A stretch of 64,000 bases of DNA from Ascidiella aspersa (lineage: Eukaryota). Below, one piece after another: positions 22,301 to 33,900 of the stretch; position 1 is the stretch's first letter, and every line of letters begins with the position of its first letter. Below the pieces are notes generated by a model. The model did not search any database. It worked only from the letters and a program-made list of their open reading frames with translations, and was not told where the DNA came from. The translations under genes and the position numbers were made by a program. The stretch covers positions 28,706,001 through 28,770,000 of the forward strand of contig OZ004612.1 in assembly GCA_963924565.1 (NCBI GenBank), written 5' to 3'.

Positions 22301-25300
22301 AGTTAAGTCAAGTCATTTGAAAACAGTTACGTAACACAATACAACACCGGAAATAAACAAATGCTGAATGAGCTTGCTTTTGTTCTGCGTTCGTTAAACC
22401 AATTTAATCATTTTCAATAGGTTTGGGCGAGTGCTGGCTCGCAAGTCATTTACTCCTACTCCATTGGATTAGGCTCAAGTGTGGTGCTCGGCAGTTACAA
22501 CAAGCCAAGTCACAATGTGATAAGGTAATACTTCCAATAGGACATATCTGATAAAAATTTCCAACGTCTTTGTCAAGTAATTTTTTCTTGTAGTGTGTTC
22601 TACTAACATTTCAATGTAAATGTTTTTCCAACTAGCTAAATAAATGTTTTACCGACAACTACCCGGGTAACAGAGTCCACACTGTTTACAAATTTAGATC
22701 AATTCGAAGTCCTAGTTAAGTCATTATTTAAATTATCTCACGTCTAAGTCAAATCATTAGCGAAAATGACGGCAAACATCTCTAATCACGAGCAATTTTG
22801 ACTGGCAAACACCAAAAACTTAGTATGACTGCGAGCAAAGTGTTTTACGGGCAGATATTTCGTTAAAGCACACCCAAATTTAACAAAACAAAATTAATAG
22901 AAACAACTTCTGATTTCACTGTAATTTAGGTCATTAAAAATTGACTTCAGTACACTAAATTAACTTGAGTCAAAACAAAGATGCATTCCAGTTACTAAAT
23001 TATAATAACTTTTTTTTTCAGAGATTCCATCATCATTGGAGTTATGAATTGCGTGACAGGTTTCGTAAGCGGTTTTGCCATCTTCTCAACTCTTGGGTTC
23101 ATGGCAAAATACAAGGTAATTATATTCTTGCTCGTTTATTTTAGGTTTCAGTTTGAATTAAACACAAAAAGTCTGACCTAAGTTTGTTCAAAAAATCATA
23201 CCTTAACTCATACCTTTAGGACAAATATACCTCACAATACCAATTTTAATTTATAAAATGACCGTGCAGATGGTACGCGACAACAAACCCAAGATAAAAA
23301 GAATAACAGAGCAACATTTGTTTCACCCAAACGTTGCTCTAATATTTTGGTAACCTTTTAAAAGACAGTTAATTGTACGTATCAAATTATTGACGGGATA
23401 ACATGTAATCCACGAGGGTCAATTCGCAACACAATTTTTTATCGTTCCTAGAACACATTTCAAAAAAGAGATGCCATGTTACGAACTTACGATTAAATAT
23501 AATACGACTGTACGGCATCAAGCAGTTTTACGTTTTTTTTGAAAGACGTGGTCCAGTTATTTCTTTAGACGCCTGAAATTTGACAAAATTACATGCGCAA
23601 CACGTGTACAAAACCACTCCTGATAAAATCACTTTAAAAAATGGATTTTCTCTCGTTACCAGAACACAACTATCGACGAAGTGGCGCAGTCAGGCCCGGG
23701 CTTGGCCTTTACAGTTTACCCCGAAGCCCTGTCTCTTCTGCCTCTTCCCCAGTTCTGGACTGCGCTTTTCTTTCTCGTGCTTCTCACACTTGGCTTTGAT
23801 TCAATGGTGAGCTGGTACACGCTTAGAATATGTTTAAATCGGTAAAAAAGTCAGTACCGCCTTGTGTTTTTATGTAATAAGCAATAACATGTGGCATTCT
23901 TTTTCCAAAAGTGGACCTAAGTCATTGTTTTTTTAAGTGCAATTGGTACATAGGCCAGACTTTAACATAGGTCATTTGGCTAATTCGTCTAAGGCAATAA
24001 CAACATAAACTTGGATTTAATGATTTGGACGGGCATTTAGAGAGCTTTCACTTAAAAAATAACTGACTTGTAAGTATTTCTGCAAAAGACTTGGGTTAGA
24101 CTCATTTAATTTTAAAGTGAATTGTTTACAACACTAATAAAATCAACCGAAAAATGTTGTGGTTTAAAGTTTCTTGTTCAGCTTTGCCTCTCAAAACGTA
24201 CATTGTCCACAGTTTGTGTTCCAAGAGTGCATTGCCTCGAATGTGATCGACAATGTGCCAAGGATTCGCAAACTTCGATACAACCGCGAAATAGTTCAAG
24301 TCGTCCTGGGGTTTCTGATGTTCCTTGTCGGACTCTTGATGGTCACAGAGGTAAACTAAAATGACTGAACTAGGCTTTTTGTTTTGTAAATTTAATCCCC
24401 CCATATAAAAGAAAACATATCAAAAAACAAGGTTTAAATTAAGACCCCATACGGCTTATGAAGTCGTTTTTGGCTTTCTCATGTTCCTTGTCGGACTCTT
24501 GATGGTCACAGAGGTAAAATACCAGCTAAAGCAAACATTCAATGTTGGAAATGTAGTTTTGCCGGTCAAATAACGATTTATCAAAATTAGCGTTTTTTTA
24601 CTTTTTTCACGTCGACCCAAAATTAAGCGTAAGTATAACAACGCAGCTTTGGTGACCAAATTATCATCACTGAACTTTAAGGGAACAAAACATAAGAAAT
24701 TGGTATATTAGGTAGAGGGAGTTTATTTATTATAGACCATGTTTTACATTGTAAACAGGACCCCCTATCTGTATACAGGACCCCCTATCTGTGTGGTAAG
24801 CGGCAGATTATTAGTTGTATTTCATGCAAACTAATTTGTTACTGGTGTTCGATCTGTGTGGTGTAAGCGGTATCTATATGAGTAATTTTTTTACCTGATG
24901 AAGCAGGTTTTCTTATGAATTTAAATTAAGAAGTATATTTTTACAGCTTGTAGTAATATATTACTTGGCCAACACTTCCCTTCTGACATACGGCGACTAC
25001 GTTTACCCAGTGTGGGCTCAGCTGATCGCTCATATCATGAGTTTGAGCTCGTTTGCGTGGATCCCTGCATACGCAATATTCACACTGGTGAGAAACAGAA
25101 AGGAAAGAAAGAAGGATAAAAAGGTATTTTACAATTGACTTAATAACATGAGATTGATGGTAGTTTTATTTCACTTAGGGTTGAAAATCTTTAAAATTTT
25201 CATATTTTATAGCATTAATTATTAGGGTTTTTGTGCGTTGGATTTAATCTTGGACCCTGTAAAGCAAGCTGCAATTATTCGGCAGCCATATCCCGCTTAT

Positions 25301-25610
25301 TATAACAGTTTCTACATGTTGTGTTAATTATTTGTAGGGTGGTAGTATTGGTTGGGTTGTAGGATCAATAAAATGAAACTTATACTTCTAACTTCAGTAA
25401 ATAATTGTCCCGGCCCTGGCTTTGAAATAATCGTCGTAATGGATTAGGCTTTTTTCGAAATTGTTCATTCGCGTGTTACACTTCTACGAGTAAACTTGTC
25501 TAAAAAGGAGAGTAAAAAACAAATAGCATTCGTTATACTTCTAGGTACTGCGAACTATCAACGACGATAAAGATTCAGAAATGAATGAAGTTGAAATGAG
25601 AATTCTGTGA
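19335..25610 (+). pseudogene. SLC6 transporter paralog C, exon 10 largely deleted (probable pseudogene or internally deleted isoform)
   Basis: Intact exons 19335-19500, 19896-20027, 20532-20754, 21016-21148, 21343-21477, 22421-22524, 23022-23115, 23663-23806, 24213-24350, 24947-25123, 25545-25610. The 207-nt exon 10 is reduced to remnants at about 24718-24795. Confidence 0.75.
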
Positions 25611-27704
25611 GATCTATTTTTGGATACGAAAGTAGTCCTGCAATTTTGTCAATGTTTATTATTCGTGTATGTTAATGAGAGTGTATTCTTTACATTTTGT
25701 ATACCATAATTGTGGTGACATATTTATTATAGACCACATTATATAACTACCAGTCTGAAATAAAGACGAACAAAACGCGTTGGCGTTGCTATAAAAATAC
25801 CCTTACAATACGTTCAGAAGGGCTATATCATAGTGGCTGTACAGTACAAGTATGTGTAGGTGTCTTTTATCGGCTCTATGCTATAGATTATATCATGTAA
25901 TCACAACACGAAAACTGTTTTTTTAATGTAGAAAAAAAAACGTTTTGTAATGGCGAAACAATTGTATTTAATTGAATAGGTTTATCTAATTCTTTCAGCC
26001 CGCAGCATGTTCCCTTAATGAAGCTAAAATACGGTTAATGACAGTTTAGTAACAGAAATGTTTGTCGGAAGTGTAGCGCACGACTATTTACCGACTAAGA
26101 GATTTTGTGTTTATTGTGCAATTTACGCTGTAACGGCTTATTCCCCAGATTTATTGTCTACTCGCACCAAAGTGTAAATGCTAAATGTCCTGTTCCACGA
26201 TTATCTCGGCGGTCAGCAGTTTGATTGTCGGTAGCTATTTAAGACCGTTTTCCGCTTGTAAAAGAAACTTCTTCTCAGTTATCGTCTTGCTGTTCGCAAC
26301 CTTTGATATTTGCAAGTAGCTTCTACTATATGCTAACTTGTCCGTCTTCTATAGTTTAACTGGTTGTTTGCTTATCAGATAATATAATTCTAATAACCTA
26401 TACGTCTTGTGGTTGGCTAACGAGTTATTCGCACGCAACCTTAAAGCGAGAGTCAGAAACTTCAACAATTAAACTCGTGCCCCACAGAAGCAACTAGAAA
26501 CTTTGGACAATTTAAAGCTTTATATAAGTTTTTTTAATTAGTTTGACGTTTCCTTTGTTTAATTTAAATTAAATCAATAAAATCTAACACATCATTTTAC
26601 ATGCGATCGCCTGTCCTTAGAGTTATCACACATTTACAAAATGTTACTGTAGGATAAACCTCGTCTAGTTTAGCGACGTTATAGCTATATTGTAACTTTA
26701 AGATCGCGCTTATTACATTGCGTAGGATAGATAAGACCAGCGTACAGTTAAACAGCAACAATAGGTATTTTTTTGAATTAATTGAAAAAATCCTACCAAC
26801 ACGGCAACGGGAGAAATGCAGACAGGATCTACGGTTTAGCATAACGCGATTGTCGAACAAGATTAAGTGGGTAAGCGGGATGTGTAGCCTTTCGCTTCCT
26901 CTGCGCGTTTGACAGTTCTACGAGGGAGGGGCTGGGTACAACGCTTTACAACTAACTGTGCAGCTCGAACCGAATAGTCGAGGCAGGCAGCCTTGGGTTG
27001 AGTTTAACAGCGAACGAAGGCAAACAAGCTACTAACAGGCACGATTTTCTGCACGGGACACACAACAAGGGTTTAACAACCGCAACGAAGGACCTTATCA
27101 GCCGATAACTTGTAACGGATATCGAAATCTAACAACGGAACTGCACATAGGCCGAAAGAAACCAATTTGCATTACACCAGTATTACAAATCAGTCTTTGG
27201 AGCAGCGTCTATTCTACAATCTAAAATCACATTCAAAAGAGTTGAATGAAATAGTTAGGAAATACCAGTGCAAGAGCAGAAACGACTTGTCTAATTCTAA
27301 ATCAACGATTGCCTATTGTGAAACAACGGTAAGTTTTGTTTAGAAAACCATCTTTAAATTATGATTTATTAACAAAAACGTATGTTATCCAGAATAAGTT
27401 CTACTTTAAAGGGTCACTATACAGCACAAAAGAGCAAATAATTCAAATTTACACAAACTTTTTGTTGGAAATTACAGCTTACATATTTTACAGTTATATT
27501 TGTTAACTTTTTTAGCATACGTCATTTGCACATTTAAATAGCCAGTATAATATTAAAACCCTTGTGGTGGAAAGTTGTATGACGCTTAGAATATGAATAT
27601 GTAAAGATATGCTTATTATTAATTTTAGAGTCAAAGAAGAGCAAAAAAAACTGGAAAACAACTGCAGCAGGTAGAACAAAAATTTTGGGTCCAAAAACAA
27701 GCAG

Positions 27705-29758
27705 ATGACCAACCAAATGAATCCAAGCGACCAACTTGAACATGGTAAAGTCAACAAAGTTTGATACACACTAGTGTAGAACGTTTTTTCTGACTTTAAT
27801 TAATTTTATTTCTAAAAAAATATTTTGTAAATACACGACGTAAGATTGTGTTTTAAACTTGGATGAAAAACAAAGAAATTCTTATTAAAGTATCAGTTTC
27901 AAAACGAAATTACCAATCAAACATTGATTACTAACATTGACTACTAGAAGATAATGATTAGGATTCGTAACCAATGGGATCGACCAGTTTCAATGAAAGC
28001 CAATGCAATATATAGCAAATCAACGCAGTATAGATATTACCATCGAGCCCTAAGTAATGTTAGCTGAAGTGCACGTTTCATGCATTACCGCCGACCACAT
28101 ATACAGGAAATCCTCTATTACTGTTGATTGCTTTCTAAGCCAGGTCACACCATTTAGACGCTTATATGTACGCCTCACATTTTACCTTTTAAATACCTAA
28201 CATAGCCAATATGTTGACCATGAAGTTTTTTTCCAGATAAGTGACCGTAAAGTTGGTTTATTTATTTGGCTGTTCATTCATACTTCTATAGGTTGACAAT
28301 AATTTTCGAAACAAGTTGTAAACATACAATCTTTAGGTTAAAGATGACTGAATATCACCTTTGACCAAACTTATTTTTGTTGTCGTATTAAACAAATATT
28401 TAACATATTTAGTAGAAGTGTTAAGTTCATATAAAAGTAGATAACATTGTATAAACCTATCAAACATTTATCATATTTTGTCTAAAGTTTACTGCAATAT
28501 CAAACCAATTTGTTTCTAAATACGGTTTGTTCCAGGGGAACTTGGAAATGTGCCAGCAAACATGCAGTTTTTCCTGTACACCATGGTTGGACTAGGGGCG
28601 TTCTTTATTCTCATCGCAATAATAATCATTATTGTGTACCTCAAGCTAAGGTAACATAAGGTCACATAATTTTACCTTTTGTTGTGAAGTTAACGGCAAA
28701 CGTAATAGAAATGACACCCCATCCGTCAGAAATCAGTGCAGTTCTAAGCAAAAAGGTCTACGACAATCAGTGCATTCAAAGGATCAAAAAGTCCGACTTT
28801 TAGACTTTGAGGTCTTGGACAATGCACTAATTTGCATTAACAAATGTGCATAAGAAGATTAAGTTTAACAATACTTGACCCAACCAAACCCAAACGCTAA
28901 CCAGCGCCCTAACCCAAATAATGTGCGATAATTTAATAATTATAACGCTTCAGGCCCCAATACCTCAATTTGTGACGTAATAATCTTAAATACAAGGACG
29001 AGAAACCATCCGAGTTTGGGCTTTTTTCCCCAGCATTTAAAGAATTATTAAAATAACGCACATTATTTGGGTTAGGATTCGGGTTAGCGTTAGGGTTTAG
29101 GTGGGTCAAGTGTTATTAATCCTATCTCATACTTTTTGTTATCTTTTCTGAACTTTTAATGAATATTTTTAATTTATTTACGCCGGGAGTTTACCTAAAG
29201 GTCCAAATCAGTGCATTGCCAGGACCTCAAGGTCTAAAAGTCTAGACTTTTCTGCCTTAGGATGCCCTGATTGTCGTAGACCTTTTTGCTTAGAAATGCA
29301 CTGATTTCTAACGGATCGGGTGGAAATGAAATAAATGTTGGACCTATGTAAAGTAAACCAGTTTGCTATGATACTTATTCTTAAGAAATTACTGCAAAAT
29401 ATTTGTAAATCGGCGAATCAATAACTCCGTCTATATAAATAAACTAAACTAATACTTTTTAACACACTATTACGGATGATGCCGCGGCAAAGTCCACTAA
29501 CTAAGGGACAACTTGTCAATTTACTAAAAACGTATTTCTACTGATCATTTAATGACCGCTGTGTTATCGAAAAATAACCAACCTATCATAAGGGTTAACG
29601 TTAGTTTCGTGGCGCATTACCATTCAAACGCTGTATGTTGTGTATAGCTTACATAACGACAATGTTGTTATTTGTTTTAATTCAGACGTGTCCGCAAAGA
29701 GATTCAAACCGAACAAGGGCAATCCCCCTTTCCAAGAATCGCTGTGCTGGAGTTATAG
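27705..29758 (+). CDS. 75-aa single-pass membrane microprotein without signal peptide
   Basis: Exons 27705-27744, 28536-28650, 29686-29758 (228 nt, canonical GT-AG) give MTNQMNPSDQLEHGELGNVPANMQFFLYTMVGLGAFFILIAIIIIIVYLKLRRVRKEIQTEQGQSPFPRIAVLEL*. The hydrophobic helix is followed by a basic stop-transfer, and there is an in-frame TAG upstream of the ATG. A probable non-coding first exon ends at the donor at 27328 (GTAAGT), with an acceptor at 27628. Confidence 0.7.
28715..29322. mobile_element. Foldback/MITE with long inverted arms in the microprotein intron
   Basis: About 120-bp outer arms (CACCCCATCCGTCAGAAATCAGTGCA... / ...TGCACTGATTTCTAACGGATCGGGTG) plus about 75-bp inner arms. A 7-bp direct repeat GAAATGA flanks both ends (28708-28714, 29323-29329). 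Confidence 0.85.
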
Positions 29759-30954
29759 GCAAAAGTCATTTGCATAAATCCTTTTTAAAGGACTAAATCT
29801 ATACTTTGCTGTGCTCAGTTTGTAGATAACTTTAATGTGTACACACCATAAAATGTGCTGCGTTTTGTGAAAATGTTTTTTTAAAAGTAAAATAAAGTAG
29901 CGTTAAGTGTTGCTGGCGACACCTTAAAAAATAAATTAAAAATATCATATATACACGTTTACATTCGCTTCGCAACATTTAAAGTCCTGCTTTTGTGACC
30001 GTGTGATGTATTACCCTGCTATGTCACTGTATAAAAGTGCCCTAAAACCGGGTTGTCGTTTTTTTTTGTCAAGTGCATTATAAGAAAGTGTTTCTTTATG
30101 AAGAAGTGTTGTACACGTCGTAACACTTTTTCAGGTGACGTATGATACTGCAGTTAGGTTAGGATCGTGGAGCTTGTATAAACATACGACATCGCTATGA
30201 GCATATATTGCACAATGTACGGAAAAGCAATGGAGAATTTGTTAATCTTTAAAAATAAATATAGGTCACACATAATTTATTAAATACATAAATTAATGAT
30301 AGGAAGCAAACAAACCTTAGTTTTTCCTGGTCATTTTCCTCGTGGTTTCACTTCGCTACCGTTTGCTTGAAACTTCGAAAAGCAACTTAGAAACTCGACC
30401 ACGATTGATCGTTGATCTAAAAGTTTTTGTAGAGTTATAAACGTATTCCTACATGTCTTACATATTATTACAGACAGTAAAACTAGATTTTCATACGGGC
30501 TCTAAAATGGCAATAGAGGGCTTGAATAAGACATAAAATGATATTACTTCTGAATGTATCTAAAATAAACACTAGGTCCTTAAAATGTTAAATACACCCT
30601 ACTGGTACTTTACATAAAGGTGATACATCGCTTGTTTCGCATATCCGGTAGAATAAAGCAAAGTGTTCGAAACAAATTTTTCAATCCGAGTCAAAACGAA
30701 CACCGCGGCACTGTGGAGTGACGCAAGTGAAGGAACTGCTACTACTAACAATAAGAATGACGCGCTTAAGCCATTATAACGCGGCTCAGAAAGAATGGAG
30801 GGAAGTTAGTGCGATCCCAGTCATTGTGTGAAAATTTACCTTCATCGTATAGCGTCACATTTAGGCAGGCCTGCTTTAAGAAGGACACGACAGAGTCTTT
30901 AGGACATATTCGTGTAACTTGTACAAAATACACCGACCAGCACTTATTAAAAAT

Positions 30955-33900
30955 ATGGCAAAGGCATTGTGGATTGGTTTGTTGATGACAGGTAAGGATG
31001 TACGCTTTAAGACTTAAAATAAACTTGTACAGTACACGGGTGCGGGTTTATTTTTGAAGTGTACGTTTGTTTGTTGAAATTTACTTATTAAATCTTTTTC
31101 ACGAAAAGAGAAAGGAGTAGAGCCGGCCAAGGATTTAAGTTTTGTGGCATTTCTTATTGCGTAGCAACATGACGTCATCAACAATAGAAACAAGATTCAA
31201 ACTGTTAAAACGTGTTGCAGTGGTCTCGGGCTGTATTCGCCAAAAGCAAAAATATGAGTTTTATATATATGCAATGAAAGATACACACACAGTTATGTGT
31301 TCAAAAACTGTGATTTAGCCCTTCGGAAGCTGCTTTTTGACCAACTATTAAATCTTATGTATCATTAGTACACCGATAGCCATCGCAGACTCACGAAACC
31401 TGTCGATCAAAATATAACAAGCAAGGCAGGCTAGGAAAACAACTAGCCTGCAGTGAGGTTCCAACTCACGATTTAAATATGCATATTTATTTGTTAACAG
31501 TTCAGGTGTTTTTTTGGTCAAGAAAACATATATGTCGATTAAAAAAGTTTCTTGATAGTTATGCCTGTATGACGGAACCCAAAGTACAGAATTTGTATCA
31601 GGAAGTCTCAAAATAGGCGCGTGAATAGCTGAAAATTACCGTACAGAAAACAACGCAAAAAAAAGTGATACTGAAAGTGCGAAAATGTATCGGGTAAATG
31701 TAAGTGAGGCAGATATGTGCCCACGAACACGCCCGAAAAGTAGCCACAAAACTAATTCTCATATCATGTGGAAGTTAAAATGCAATGAATATGTCTTAGT
31801 AACAGAAAACTTTCAGCTAATAATACCGCAAATTAGTTAGTCATTTGTTAGTAAACTTGATAGTTTTGGAGGATTCACATTAAAAACTTCTAAGAGATAT
31901 AAACGACGGTCCGCGTCAGCTGACGTTTATCAAACCCTTAACCGTGCTATGTACCTTAACCGTTAAAATCATTGCGAATTCTTGTATTTCCTGTTAGGTG
32001 GATTTTTGCTCGTTCGAGGTTCGCCCCTTTGCGAAAAGATGGGAACAGATAGAACTGGGTTGATCCACTTTGACAGCCGTTTGAACAACGGCACCAATGA
32101 GAGCATGTCGTGCCAGTGGAGCCTCAACACAAATACGAGCCAATTCGTGCTCTCTTTGAAGCTGATAGATCTGCGAACTTCTGGTCGAAACTTATCCTTC
32201 GTAACTCCCGACGGTAAGCGTTGTATTATTGTTTTTGTTAATATTTCTGTGGCAAGCAAAGTGGCAAAACTGCACAGTTTCGCTTTAGTAATTCGTTGTA
32301 AGCATATAGCTGTTTTCAACGTATATTTAACGAATTTTTTTGGCTGCCTTAAAGTCGATATGTGCCCACAAAAAGCCTCCAATAACGTTATTTTTAGTCA
32401 GCACTTCGATACAATAAGAAGCTTCAAATCATATAATTCCTGTCCACATAGCTCACCAGCAAAGTAAAGTTAAAATAATATACAAATTTCTGCGTTTTAT
32501 ATAGTAGGCTATAGTTAAGTTGCTATAGCCTACTACTACGAAACAAACATTGGCAAAATTAGAATCATTTATATTTTTGATGTAAAATGGATAATTAACG
32601 TGGACGAATAAATATACGGGTCTCTGTGATATTTACCTATTTAATCCGATACCAGTTATTTTGACCAAAAAAACAACAACAGTAGTTTACAGGTATTTTT
32701 TATATTCTTAGGTGATTAATGTATTGAGGTTTAGCTATCTCTATTGTGTACTATTTTGCGATTAATTTACTTTGTAAGGTTACAATTGCTGCCCTAGAAC
32801 GCAAACCATGGCCCTTACCACCCTCGATACCGCCGATACCACAGTATCGGACGAGTATCGATATTATCACGTGGCATCGGCATTGGCTCTGCCCCGATAT
32901 CATCGGACATCTATCTCAGTAACCCTAACATTGTAACCCTACCAAAACCTTGTTTTAGGAACGGTTGTTAAATCGGATGGAGGCGGCAGTCCGTCAGCCT
33001 CCAACGAACAATGGTGCGGACTTTACGTGAAGAAAAACGACGGAAACGAAACTACCTGTGGATCTTCGGTCGAGTATCCCGACATTTGCGCCAACTCCAT
33101 AACCAACATCAGCCAAACCTGGCCTCCTATCATTACCATTAAAGCGCAAGGAAACGTGAGCACAGTTGACACCACAGCTGGCCAAAACGACACCGGTTAC
33201 CCCGTGACTATCGTTCTGTACACATTCTTTATGTGTCCAGGCAACAAGGTAACCCCCAACAAGGTATCCCCCAACATAACGATGTTAAGTACAACTACGC
33301 AGACCAGTACAACTACACCACTCAGTTCGACTACTGCTGCAACTACAACTACTACAGGTATGACCACAACAACAACAAAGAATAAAGCGACTGAGCCGGG
33401 TAACACGTATTACAGAAGCGCAATAAAAATTGATTGAATGCCGAATTGCTTTTGGCAATCTATTTTTAAAAAATATGCGAATCGTTTTCTAGCAGGATTC
33501 AGTTTTATAGAAAGGGGGAATTTGTTTAAAAGACTCGCTATGGACGAATGTGCTTTATCAAATTAGTGAAATTCTTCGTTAGTTTAGGGTTTATGTTCCC
33601 TATCGTGTTATATATTCTTTTTTTTACTTATACTGCAACTGGTATATCAATAGGTATTTATTACCAATAGAAATGATACATGGGGTCGCTAAACAAGCTA
33701 TATGGTAGAATAGAAGCCATAATTATAACACTATCGTACTATACTTTTCAGTTACATCAGCACCTACGACCCTCGCCGTTTTTCTGCTAGCTGCGTCATT
33801 GGCGTTTGCGGTTTGCTTTGGATTGTGCAGCTGCACGTTTGTGTTCCTCTTCACTAAATCCAGGTACGGTTGCCAATAAATAAAGACAGGTTAAAAAGTG

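Noticed and set aside
27116-27328. Open frame upstream of the microprotein as a coding exon
   Set aside because: There is no ATG after the in-frame stop, and joining to the next exon hits a stop. It is treated as 5' UTR.
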